Part shown: positions 14,801 through 27,566 of the stretch, piece by piece | How positions within the stretch are numbered: position 1 is the first letter of the stretch | How the letters are laid out: the number at the start of each line of letters is the position of its first letter | NCBI GenBank assembly: GCA_943704425.1 | Contig: CALSCP010000335.1 | Span: 161,406 to 225,405 of the forward strand | Length of the DNA stretch: 64,000 nt | Origin: Ministeria vibrans ATCC 50519 | Lineage: Eukaryota > Protista > Filasterea | Reading direction: 5' to 3' | The notes under the pieces: model-generated | What the model was told of the DNA's origin: nothing | The model's database searches: none | The model's input: the letters and a program-made list of their open reading frames with translations, nothing else | Translations under genes and position numbers: made by a program

Positions 14801-16044
14801 TGTTTTGGCGCACGGCGAATATGCACACTTCGAGGCGCTTGTAGATCCGCGACAGCTCGATGCGAGTGTGACCGAGGAAACCATTGAAGTGTTGCTGCAC
14901 AATGTGCACAATCGGCGCAATGAGATGGTTGTGCGTGCCACTGCGACGGTGTCGACGGCACGCCTTACCTTTGGGGGCCTTGCGAGTGTGTCGACAGCGG
15001 GCAGCGGCAGTGGTGCGCCAACGGAGCGACTCCGTGAGCTTCGCATGCCTCGCTTGGTGATGCCGGCGCTGTCAGATACACCGGAGGTGTGCGACGAGTC
15101 GTTCACCTTCCGCAACATGAGCGAGGGCCCGGTACGTTTACATCTTGTTGTACAGCTGCAAGCATCCTTGGAGAGTCTAGTGGTTTGTCGCGTTGTGGAG
15201 CGACGGAGCAACGTTGACGTCGATGAGATCGTGCTCAATGCTGGCGAGCAAGTGGGCGTGCGCGTTTCGGCCAAGGCGCGTGGTGACTCGCACGTGCCGC
15301 GCCATCTCTTGGGCGCAGATCGTGTGCTCCTTGGCGAACTAGTGGTTTCGCGAGACAACGACAACGGCAGCTCGGCCGCTCATCCAAGCGACACTTCTGG
15401 CGGCAAAAAGGACAGCTCCAGTCGCGCCGTGCACCACGCCCGCCATGGCAGTGCGGATGAATCGATTGCTGAGTATGCTCGTGGCAGCGATAGGCGGCCA
15501 CGTAGCGCTGCTGACGATGGTGGTAGCGGTGATGGTGGTAATGGTAGAGGAGGCGCTGGAAGCCGGACGCTTGTGGTGTTGGAGCGCGTGCGACTGTCGG
15601 TGGTGCTGGCCGAGGAGAAACTTCTTGCCATCAGCGCACCGCCACTTGTGCATTTGGTGTGCGCTTCGGCACATGGCTCGAGTCTGTCTCAGGCGACGGT
15701 GACTCTTGTGAACCGCTCGCAACTTGTCTCGCTCAACTTTCGCGTGCGTGTCGCAGTCGACGAAAGTCTGATTCCCGGCACAGTGGGTGGCCTTAAACGC
15801 GAGCTGTGTCTTGTCGAGCCCAGTTCGGGTACCTTGGCGGCGCGCGGCGAACAAGAGGTGACGCTGCGCGTGCCAAAACACATTAAGATTGTTGGAGTGG
15901 TGCCCATGCGGCTTATTGCGTATGTGTACGACGAAAGGGGGGAGTTGGAAGGGGCGGCAGTCGAGGCGCGCGATCCTCTTGTTGTTGTCGAACAGTCGCG
16001 TGTGGAGCACGGCATTGAACTTGTCTCAGCCGAACACGAGGAGT

Positions 16045-16081
<37 letters not shown>

Positions 16082-18996
16082 TGATGATAATGAGGCCAAT
16101 GGCGCTGATAGTAATGTTGGCGATGCTGAGTCTGATGCGCAGAAGATGGGTGGTGATTGTAGCGGGGTAAAGCCTGCCACAGTGAGAGAGAAAACACAGG
16201 AATTGCACTACGCGGAGAGCCGTGAGAAGGCAATGCGACCTTCGAGCATCGATATGCCGAGCTCAAGTGGCGGCAGCAGCTGTGGAACTACGTCAACGCT
16301 GGTGGGTGAAGGTACGAGTCGGAGTGGGATGTCAAGTGCTGCGGGCACCGGCATTGGCGGTGCTGATGAGCGTGGGAGTGAGGTGAGTGGCGATGAAGCA
16401 AGCGGGGGCAGTCGCAGTGCGTCGCGCCTGGCCATGGCAACGAGTGTCGTGGCTGCGACTGGCACTCGCCGTGACCGTGAGCGCGACAGGGATCGTGATC
16501 GTGAGCAGATTGACCGTGGACGTGCGACGGATGAACACGAAATGATGGGTGGTCTGCGTCTGACCGAGTTTGACCAATCGAGTCTGTTTCGATCGTTGTC
16601 GTTTACGACGGTCGAGGGTGCCAACGAGGCAACGGTGGCCCCTGACACGGTGGCAACCGGTGCTGGTACATCGTCTTTGACTGGCACGAAAGCTTCCTCT
16701 CCGACAACGGTGACAACACCTGCGCCATTGACAAATGTGGGGTCGACATCGATGTCGTTGACGACGCCACGCACCGTCCTGCAGGTGCGCAACTGCACGC
16801 CAAGCGGACACACGGCTGTGTACCTGATGGACTTGGGACAGGTACGGGAGGGCATGTCGGTGAGCAAGAACATCCAGGTGTACAATGCATCACGACGACC
16901 CGTCTCCATTGCCGTGTCGGTGGTGGCGGGCACGGGTGCCGAGCGGCACTGGCTGCAGGTACAAACGGCGGGTACAGTGCGATTGGGAGGTGGTGAGACG
17001 CGACGTCTGCCAGTGACCGTTGCAGTGGCCACACCCATGAGCATGTGTGGGCATGTCTTGCTGCAGGAGGTAGACGAGGAACGAGGCACGGTGACCGGCA
17101 GTGGTGTGGTGGTGCGTGTGATTGCCGAGGTGATTGGAGCTGAGGTGTCAGACATGGCGGTACGTCTGTGGGGTGGTGGACTGCCTATATGCGAGCGCCG
17201 TGAGAGACAACTGTTGATCGGCCTCTGTCTGTATGGTCGTTTTGACGACGGTCTTTCATTTGCCGTGCAAAACTCGACGGCTTCCCCAATGGGATTCATT
17301 TTCCTGCACGAGTCGGCGAACCTCCACGACGAGACACTCTTTTTGGCGGAGCGGTTTTCGGCGCGCGTCTGCAAAGGCATGTGGGTGTCCGCCCATGACT
17401 TACAGCCGGTTCTGGTGCGCTACCGTCCCGTCTGCGAGCTACAACAGCAGCAGCAGCAGCAGCAGCAGCAGTTGACAGGCGTCAAATCGCCCAGCCAATC
17501 ACTTCCAACGTCCCGTGCCGTCTCACCGCGTGCCAGTGGGGCTGGTGTAAGCGACGATAATTCCGCTGCTGGTGTCTCACACTTTGCTCTTGACTATCGT
17601 ACGGTGACGGTTCATGTTCTCGCGCGTCTGTACCAGGGAGTGTCCGAGACGGTACGACTGCGCTGCTTTTGCCGATCGCCTCGCGTATGCGTGTCGACCA
17701 CGTCGCTGCTGTTTTCGGTCGACATAAGCACACTCAAGAGTGACGTGATCGGGTCTAGCACAGGCAGTGTTGGCGGTGACACAATGGGTGGCGATGGTGA
17801 AGCTGCTCAAGTGACGTATGGGCAGCTGATGGCGACACGTGGGGTCACCGATGAGCCGCTTGAGGCGCCTGCAGTTGTCGTGTATACGCACGACGACGAT
17901 GGAAACACGCCACGTCCAGCGTACCCTATGGATAGTGCGTCAACGCCGGGTGGGGACAGCACGACCCGCATTGTGCAGCTGACGGGCCTTGTAGGCGAGC
18001 GCATTGCCGTGATCAACGACACGTCGGCATTTGTGTGCTCGCTGACACCTTCGACGCAACCGAGCGCTGTGCGTGTTGGTGCTGCGTATTTGCGGGTGCG
18101 AGTGCGTCCTCAGACGGCGGCGGCGCTGTTGAAGCATGGCGAGACCATGCTGCAGGAGCACATTACTGTCTACTCAATGGCGGATCCTGCCGAGAGCATC
18201 ACCGTCTATCTGCGTTTGTGTCTGGTGGCTGGTCGAGGCGACTCTGAGTTGCCCGAGCCGGACGCTGGACTGCGCTTTGCCGCGCGCTTTTTCCACGGCT
18301 CGCTCACTCGCGCTGCCAATGTGTTTGCAGCCCTCGAGGCGCGCGTGCTGAGCTTCCTTGTGCGCCACGACCCGTCGATGCCGACCAACTGGACCGACAA
18401 TGTGGTGCGCCTTCATTTTGCGCACTGCTGCCACGAGCTCCACTACTGTCTGCGCCACGATCTGGCGCCCTCCTTTGTTGCCAACGTGGCGACGCTGCTA
18501 TTTAACGGCGTCTTTCAGCACGCCGACTTTGTTACCGCCGCGCCTGCCGCATTGCGCTCCCTCAGCAACACCAACACCACCAACGGCACGACCAGCAGCG
18601 GCACAAACAGCAGTAGCAGCAACAGCATCAGCACCAGCACCAATATCCACTTGCGTCGCGGTCACAATCGTCCTGTCCTCGTTGCTGCCAACTCACCAGG
18701 GCGTCACAGCAACGGCACTCTCACCACCACCGAGCCCGACGATCACCTGCTCAGCGGTCCCTTTTCAACAACCTCAATCGGCTCCGCCGCATCCGAAGAC
18801 GCCCACGTTTGGTCCGACAAGCTCGCCTTCTTTGTAAGAGAAGAAAGAACTGTATGATTACCTTTAAATTGTCGATTGATGTTTTTTTTTGTTGTAGATT
18901 GAGCGTGCTCTGTGTATCATCCATGCGGCTCCCGACACGGACGGAAGACTGTCTGTTGCGCGTCGTCTTGTTGAGAGACTTGTATCAAATTTGTAA
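5850..18996 (+). CDS. Giant (~4,360 aa) uncharacterised protein with repeated ASH/PapD-like Ig domains and long low-complexity inserts
   Basis: A 13-kb open frame, then a GT-AG intron (~18834-18897) and a last exon IERALC...VSNL*. Repeated [L/I]DFG-type domain starts (LDFGDV, IDFGDC, HVGDV, INLGTL, IDCGQL, LDVGAV, LDFGAM, MDLGQV), each followed by an N-x-S/T strand; poly-D, G, S and Q tracts. Confidence 0.8.
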
Positions 18997-19223
18997 AGAG
19001 ATTCATAATTCTATTCCAAGAAGATTCTGTATGATTGTGTACTTATGAATGATGATTGTATGACTCACTTTGTTCTTTCTCCCTCCTCACACACACACAC
19101 TCTATCACTTTGTTCTCTCTCTATCTCTATCACTTTATAACTAATATCATTTCTCTCTCCTGTCTCTCTACCTCACACGTTCTTTCTCCCTCTCTCGCTC
19201 GCAGTGTGTGTGTGTATATATTA

Positions 19224-19272
<49 letters not shown>

Positions 19273-19298
19273 GCGGTCGATGTCGCTCTGAAAATCAC

Positions 19299-22200
19299 TC
19301 ACATAAGTGTGCAACGACTCTCTTCTTCTTCTTCCACCAGGGGAGTCGACGAGAGGTTGTTTGAGGTGGCTGAGCGTTGGACTTTGACACTCATAACCGA
19401 GTCACCGCGGCGCAGGGAGGCACGCCGCTGAGCGGATGCAGCCGCCGCAGGGCCATCCATGGCCAGTTCGCGTCGACTGATCTCATTAAATGTGTCGCTT
19501 CGTGCCCCTTGTAGTTGGATCCATCGCGCTGTGAACAAGTCAGACCGCTCGCGCACGTCGCGCGTCCGCTCATCGTCTACACAAAATAGTAATAACATTA
19601 TGAATAACAATAATCTTAATAAAATTATATTAATTTTATGACTATTGTCAAAGTCACCACGAATAGAAAAAAGTTGTTTAGTTGGAGTTTAGATGGATAC
19701 CTTGGATAGCAAGCACTTCGTTGAGCAGACCACTTAGCATTTCACGGTGAGCGTCAAGTTGAATCATGCGCTCTTCCAGTTCATCCATAGTGGCGCTCTG
19801 CAGATCAAACGACGCGTGCGGGTCACTTGCACTGGCCGTTGGCAAAGGGCTCTCGGAAGGAGAGGGAGCGTAGACGCCCAGGCGAGTGCCGTCGACATGC
19901 CATGGCTCGCTCTCTGTGCTCACGGCACGGCAGGACTCTTCAGCAGCCTCCTCAGCCTCCGCCTCCTTCTTCTTGATGTTGCGCAGCAGATCGCGCATCT
20001 CTGTCTTGCCTTCCTCGTCGTCCCACAGCGGCTCGTCTGCATCAGGATGAAGCAACAGCTCCGCGCGGGTCCCACTATCGCTCTCCAGCGACTGCTTGCG
20101 AGGCTTGCGCACCAAGCGTGTACCCTGGGTGACGACGGGCGACGGGGGCGAGGAGGGTGATGCGACTGGCTCGGTTGCGGGAGCAGTCACCACCACGTCT
20201 TGTTGTTGGAAGCGCACAAAAACCTCTTCGGCGCGACCCGATCCAACCAGGCGGGCAAACTGGGGCTGTACTGGCTCGTCGGTACTTGCCTGAGCTAAAG
20301 TCGTCGCAACAACAACACTGCTGCTCGTGGGACGCGCGCTATTGCGGTTGGGTCGTCGGATGGCCTTGGGTGCTGTGGTCTTCTTGGGCGATTTCACCAT
20401 TGGCGCCTCAGTCGAACCCGCTGTATCTTCCAGCAACAGTCGCTTTGCATCCTCTTCCGCCACTCTCAGTCGTTCTGACTCTTCTTCTTCCCGTCGCAAA
20501 CGACTTTCCTCTTCTTCCAATTTGATGCGTTCCGCTTCTTCATCCAGTCGCATTCGCTCTGCCTCTTCCTCTTCTTGTCTCATTTGTTCTGCCTCTTCCT
20601 CTTCTTGTCTCACCCTCTCTCTATCTTCTTCTTCTTCCATTCGCTCTTCCTCTTCATCCATTCGCTCCGCTTCTTCTTCTTCCAGTCTCTTTCTCTCCAC
20701 TTCTTCTTCTTCTTCTTCTTCTTCTTCCGGTCCAATTTGCTCTGCCTCTTCATCCATTCGCTCTGCTGCTTCTTCTTCCAGTCTCTTTATCTCCATTTCT
20801 TCTTCTTCCAATGCGATTCGCTCTGCTTCTTCATCCTCCAATCGGATTCGCTCTGCTTCTTCATCCTCCAATCGGATTCGCTCTGCTTCTTCTTCTTCCT
20901 CCAATCGGATTCGCTCTGCTTCTTCATCCTCCAATCGGATTCGCTCTGCTTCTTCTTCCTCCTCCAATCGGATTCGCTCTGCTTCTTCTCCTTCCAATCG
21001 GATACGTTCAGCCTCCGCCGCTTGCTCTTCCTCCTCCTTCAATCGCAACCTCTCCTCCTCGCGCGCCCTTTCTGTTACTTCTTCTCCATCTTCCACCGAT
21101 TCTCGCTTGATATTCACCTCCGCTTCACTGTTCAACAGTGGGGTCGGTGCAACCACACGAGTCGGTCGTCGAATCCCACGCGGTTTCTTTGCCGCGTCAG
21201 TCTTTGTTGGTGTAGTAGTAGTTGTGGCTATTGTTGTTGCTGCTGTTGTTGTTGATGATGGTGTTGTTGTTGGTGGTGGTAATGATCGTGGTGCTGTCGC
21301 AGGCGCATCGGTGGACGAGACTGGAATGGAAATGAATGCCTCTTTGTTGTTCGCGTGCGCATCGTCGTTGCCTTCCAGAGACGACCGACGTGCAGCTTCT
21401 TGACGGCGTGCCTGGCGCTTGGCCAACAGCTGCGCACGGATTTCGGCCGCTTCGTCCTCGGGCAATAACTTGCGTGCCTCGGCAAGCTTCTTTCGGTCCA
21501 AAGGCCCCACGTCAGTTGAGTCGTCGCTCTCGCGACTGTGGGACCGAGAAGTGCGTTCAACAGTGGGCAAGCCAGGGGCGGAGGACGACTCACGCTTGGC
21601 AAATCGCTCGGCTCTCCGTCGCTTTGCCTCCTCCTCTCGCTCCGCCTCATCATCCTCAGCCTCCCTGCTTGGAATTGCAATGCGCTCTGCGGACGTGGTC
21701 TTAAGCGCGCTGCGCCAGCCAGCAGGCGAACGTTGCGACGGAATAATCACCTTGAGTTCGCTGGCATCCAGTTCGCGGCCACTGTCAATGCTCACTTGCG
21801 GCGAGATGGACACGCGACGAGCAGTGCCCTTGTCTGCACCAGGCTCCAGAGCAGCATCGGCAGCTGCAGACGCAATGGAGCGCGCTACAGGGGCAACAAC
21901 CTTCGTTTTTGTTGATGCTGACAGTGCTGGTGATGGTAGCGGCACAGTCGACGACACGGCGGGCTTCCCGTCGGCGCCCAAGCGCACCTTCTTGCCCGTT
22001 TTGGGGTCGGTTACCACCACCACGCGTCCACCTGTCGGCACACCTGCCGACAGCATGGCCGTCGAGGTACTTGCGGGACGCATTGCCTGGGGCCTCTTGG
22101 CACTCACCGCCTTCACTTCCGTACCGCCCAGCAGCATCGCAATTGTCTCCTTCTTGCCCATACACTCGCCACAGAATGACTTTCCATCACGCTCAAAATA

Positions 22201-22299
22201 CTTCCCATATGGCTCCTCTTGACACACGCAGCACGAGACATTGGCCGCACTCTCGCCATCATTCACGTAGCGCGGCGTCATCCGGTTCGACAAAAAGGA
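19299..22299 (-). CDS. Protein with an N-terminal Cys cluster, a Glu/Arg-rich repeat region and a C-terminal CaaX motif; 5' end uncertain
   Basis: Long ORF with CCVC...FCGEC. Intron 19577-19700 (GT-AG) joins in frame to a last exon ending SRCTLM*. Confidence 0.7.
20808..21010 (-). repeat. Coding minisatellite (27/30-nt units) encoding E(D/E)EEAERIRL
   Basis: Tandem copies of tccaatcggattcgctctgcttct on the + strand. Confidence 0.9.
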
Positions 22300-22822
22300 C
22301 TGTAACAAAGAAATCAGATGAATAAAATGAGAGAGAGAGAGTAACAAGGTGACGGAGAAAAAAAGAAAAAGAGAGAGAGAGAGAANNNNNNNTTCTTTCT
22401 CTCTTTTCTCTCTCTCAATCACTTTATTCTTTCTCTCTTTTCTCTCTCTCTATCACTTTGACCCTTTTGCATCATTGTTCGTCTTCTCGTGGCCAATACG
22501 AGCCGCACTTTTGAAGAAACCACCTCCACACCAGATCACTACAACATGGTGGCATTTTCACGCACTCCCATTGCGCCTGTCAAAATTTCTCGTGGCCGCA
22601 AGACGATTTGGGCCGTCTGGGCATTTCGGTGTGTCGCACAGCCGCTCTGCGCCGCTTCCTCTGCATTCTGGGGGGCCCACCCGCATTTTGCAGCATACAT
22701 GTTGGTTGCTGCCACCCGACCACAGCCCTCTGTGCCTTCCTTCCTCTCTTCTTTTCTCTTTTCCCCTTTTTTTTTTCTCTTGTTTGCCATTTGCCATCGC
22801 ACGACATTCTTCACTCATCGCA

Positions 22823-22975
22823 ATGAACCTTTTAGCCGAAGCCTCGATCAATATGGACGCATCTCCATTTGGAAGTGTCGGTCAGCCGACTCCCACGCCC
22901 CTGGCGCCCGTCGGCACTCCGATTGCCACGGCCGCAATCGGCACTCCAGCCCCGGCCCCCGTTGGAACACCCCCC

Positions 22976-23010
<35 letters not shown>

Positions 23011-26000
23011 GGCTGCTCCTGTCGCTGTCGAATCCCCCTTGACCGCCCCCGCGACTCTCACCTACGACGAAATGTTCCCGTCGCTTCTCAAGAAGCCCGT
23101 GTCGGTAAAACGACGAGAAAGACAGAGAAAAAAACTAAACTTCGTCTCCCTCTTTCTCTCTCTTGTCTTTGTAGACTTCTGCTCCCAAGAAGACCGCCTG
23201 GAAGGGCACTGGTCCCGTGGCGGTCACACGCGTGACCAAGCTGTTCACCGTTCCGGTCGACGAGATGCGTGCGAACCAGATGCAAACGATGGGCAGCGAC
23301 TCGTGGCACGCGCGCATGTCCAAGGAAGTCAAGAACAAGCTGGCGGGAGTCGACATTGAAATGTCGATTGACAAGCAGCGCAACCTCACGGTCATTGTCA
23401 CCGGCCGCGAACGCGAGGCCAGCGAAGCCAAGAAGGTGGGAGAAGACACACAAAAAAAATAGTCCACCTCGTTCTATCCTCTCACACTTTTTTATTTCCA
23501 TTAAAAAAAAACAGGAACTTCTGTTCAAGCTTCAACGATCGGTGTCGGAGGAGATCCCGATCGCCAAGAAGCATCATCGCCATTTGCTGGGCAAGGGCGG
23601 CAAGTCGGTGATGGAGCTGTCAGAGAAGACGTCGACCAAGATCAACGTGCCCAAGGCCGACGACCAGTCCGAGCTCATCAAGATCTCAGGCACGCAGGCG
23701 AACATTCACCGTGCCATCAAGGAGATCGAGCTCATCATTGACGAGAAGGAGAAGTCGTCGATGGAGCGTCTGACGGTCGAGCGTGCCTTCCATCCGTTCA
23801 TTGCGGGTCCCGGCCAGTCGACGCTCAAGCAGCTGCAGGCTGTGCACAACGTCAAGATCCACATGCCGCCACCGACCGCAACCAGCGACGACATTGTGGT
23901 CGCGGGCGAGAAGAACGGCGTGGCTATTGTGGCCAAGACCATCATGGATGTGTACGAGGAAAAGAAGCGCACCACCCGCACGCTTTGTGTCGAAGTCAAG
24001 AAGAAGCAACACCGCCACATTGTGGGCCCCAAGGGTGTTCACGTCGCCGACATCTTTGCGCGCACGGGCGTCGTCATTGAGCTGCCCCCTTCGGACGATC
24101 CCAGCGAGGAGGTCATTCTGCGTGGACCTCACGAGAATCTCGTGCATGCGCTCACGGCCGTCCTCGAAAAGGCCGACTCGGTGACGTGCGTCGAGGTGCA
24201 CGCGCCCGCTCGCCTTCACAAGTACATCATTGGCAAGAATGGCGTGCACATCAAGGAACTCGGCAGCCAAAACCCGCTCGTGTCCATTCAGATCAATTCT
24301 GACGCTGAGCTCATTGAGATTGAGGGTCCTCCGGCGGCTGTCGAGTCGGCGCGCGCCGTCATGCAGAAGCGCGTTGACGAGCTCATCAAGACCATGTCGA
24401 CGTGCGACGTTGAGGTCGACCCAGCTTACCATCGCCACCTCATTGGCAAGGGTGGCCAGAATGCGTCGCGTCTGCGCGAACGCTACGGCGTCCAAGTCAA
24501 CGTGCCGGCCGACGGGAACGCGTCGCACACCGTCACCATCCAGGGCCCGCCTGAGGGCGTTGCTCAGGCCAAGGAGGAGATTCTCCAGTTGGTCGCCAAG
24601 AAGGCCGACGAGCGCACTGTCGACATCATCATCGAGCGTCGTCTCCACAAGAACATCATTGGTGCCAAGGTAACTCACGCGTCATTCGCACTCCTTTCTC
24701 GTCTTACTCGTAATTATAGGGATCCAACTTGAAGAAGCTTGGTGACGCTTACCCGCAGGTGCAAATGAAGATTCCGCAGGAAAAGGACGAGTCGGACGTG
24801 GTCACGCTGACGGGCCCCAAGAACGACGTGGCGGCGCTCAAGAAGGAGCTCGAGGCGCAGGTGAAGGAGCTGCGCGCGAGTGCCTTCCAGCTTGAGGTGC
24901 CAATCTTCAAAAAGTTCCACGGCAACGTCATTGGTCGCCAGGGAGCCAACATCCGCAAGCTGCAGGAATCACTTCAGGTGCGCATTGACTTCCCGGCCGA
25001 GTCCGATGAGTCCGACGTGATTCTTGTCACGGGCTTTGAGGCCAAGTGCAACGAGGCGCGCGACCAACTGCTGGCGCTCCAGAGCGAGTTTGCCAACATT
25101 GCGACGGTCGAGCTCAAGATTGATCCCAAGTTCCACGCGGCGATTCGCGGACGTGACGGCATTGTGCTGCGCTCGATTCAGGAGGAGTGCGGTGGCGTGA
25201 CAGTGCGCATGCCGGGTAAGGGCAAGGGCGACGTGCGCGATCTCATTATTGTGCGTGGTCCTGAGGAGGACGTCCAGCGTGCCAAAGAGATGCTGCTGGC
25301 GGCCGCCGACGAGCATGCTGTCAACAACTACACCGAGGACATGACGGTGAAGCGCGAGTACCATCGCTTCCTCGTTGGCAAGGGTGGCAGCACCCAGGCG
25401 GCGCTGCGTCGCGAGCTCAACGTGCGCATCGTGCTGCCGCGTCCTGACGACAAGACGAGCGAGACGGTCACTATTATTGGCCAGAAGGAGGCCGTGGCCA
25501 CAGCACGTGCACGCATGGAGAAGCTCATCGTCGACATGGAGAACATTGTCGAGGACACGGTTGACGTGCCGCCCGAGTACCGCGACCATTTCCGCCGTGC
25601 CAACCGCGGCAAGCTGCTCAGCGACCTCCAGGAAGAATTTGGCGGTGCCAACATTTCCATGCCGCGCGCCGAAGACCGCGAAGCGAACCCCAATGCGCCT
25701 TTCAAGCTGAAGGGTGGCGCCGAGCTTGTGGCGGGTCTCAAGGCTCGCATCCTTGAGATTGTCGAGGACCTCGCCAATCAGGTGACTGTCGAGGTGCCCA
25801 CGGCGCAGGAACACGTTGCCGCTATTATGGGCCGCGGCGGAGCCAATATCCGTCAGCTCACCGAGCAGTACGGAGTGCAGATCAAGATGCCCAACCGCGC
25901 CTCGGGCAAGGGCAAGAAGAAGGCAACAACCACCACCACCTCTGCCGCTGACGAGCTTGAGGAGGGCGAAATCACTCCAGAGGAAGTCGCTGCTCTTGCT

Positions 26001-27305
26001 GGTGCTGGTGCTGGTGCTGGTGCTGGTGCTGGTGCTGGTGCTGGTGCTGGTCCTTCTGACGAGGATGTCATCGACGAGGTTGTGGAGGCCGCAGAGGAAG
26101 AGACTGCGACGACACCGACTTCGCCCGATGCTGAGGCTGAGGCGCCCAAGGCTGCGGGACCCGTGATCAAGGTGACGGGCGGACGCGAAAAGGTCGAGAA
26201 GGCCGTGGAGGCGCTCAAGGCTCTAATTCCCATTCTGGAGAAGATGGACATCCCCAAGGACTACCACCGCTTCATCATTGGCGCGGGTGGCAAGGCCGTG
26301 CGCGAGATTATGGAGAAGAGCGACTGCAACGTGACGTTCCGCAAGGGTGGCCCCCCACGCGACGTTGTCGAGCTGCGCGGCCGCCGTGAGTGTGTCGACA
26401 AGGCGCGCGAACTGCTTGCGGCGCGCGTCGCCGAGCTCGATGCCGAGAAGGAGGACCGTGCTCTGCGCAGCTTTGAGGTCAAGATTAGTGTCGACAAGCG
26501 TTGGGTGAAGACGATCATTGGCAAGGCGGGTGCTGGCGTGAACAAACTGCGCGACGACTTCAACGTGCGCATCGACACGGGTGACGACAAGCGTCCCAAC
26601 AAGAAGAAGGGCCCCAAGACGGAGAAGACGAAGAAGGCCGAGGTTGCCACTGAGGACGCGACTGCGGCCAGTGACGAGGTGCCCGTTGAGGCTGAAGCTG
26701 AAGCTGAAGCTGAAGCTGATGCGGAGGCTGCGGGTGCTGCTGATGCGGAGGCTGCGGGTGCTGCTGAGACGAAGCCTGTTGAGCTTGTCGAGATTACCAT
26801 TACGGGCTACCAGAAGGATGCGGAGAACGCCAAGGCGGCTATCATGGAGATTGTGCGTGAAAACGAGTCGCAGACGGAGATGACTGTTCCGTTGGACCAC
26901 CGTGTGCACCGTCGTGTGATTGGTGCTCGTGGGGCGAGCATCAAGCGTCTGATGGAGGAGTACAAGGTGTACATTCAGTTCCCCAAGAACCAGAGCGTGA
27001 ACGAGGTGACTCTGCGTGGCTCGGAGGACGCGTGCGAGGAGGTGCGTGCGATTCTTCAGCAGCAAGAGGACGAGTTCCTGGAGGATGCGGTGCAGGAGGA
27101 GGAGGAGCGTGACATGATGCGCCAGTACACGGTGCAGGAGAAGCGCGAAGACAAGAAGGTCAAGCCTAAGGTGGAGTTTGAGGTGGTGGGTGCGCCGTGG
27201 AACTCGAGTGAGACGCTCACTGACTCGACTGTCTTCCCGACTGTCGGCAATGCCAAGACGTCCCATGCTGCTTCGGGCGTCTGGGGTGGCAAGCGCAACT
27301 TCTGA
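22823..27305 (+). CDS. HDLBP: Vigilin (HDLBP/Scp160-like multi-KH RNA-binding protein), 4 exons
   Basis: More than 12 KH repeats with GxxG loops (HRHLLGKGG, HKYIIGKNG, HRFIIGAGG, HRRVIGARG); N-terminal TYDEMFPSL; C-terminal FPTVG...WG. Confidence 0.93.
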
Positions 27306-27371
27306 TAACAACAACAAATACCAATGCCCGGACTGAGAGAGAGAGAGGGAAGTGTGGCGAAATGAGGCTTC

Positions 27372-27411
<40 letters not shown>

Positions 27412-27566
27412 ATGTGCCTCTTCTTCACTCTGCTCTGTCTCCTCTTTTTGCAGTGTGTTCTCGAATTTTTGGTGTGATCGATATAAAAATATACATTTTT
27501 TACTACGGTTAAATGGAAATGACAATGCGGTATGATTTTTTTGAAAAAATGTAAAGAGTGGAACTG

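Noticed and set aside
20500-21010. CRISPR-like array
   Set aside because: The repeats are contiguous coding units without unique spacers, in a eukaryotic context.
20327-22222. Long antisense ORFs here and opposite vigilin, PRP8, clathrin and the giant gene
   Set aside because: Shadow frames of GC-rich or repetitive coding sequence, with no independent motifs.
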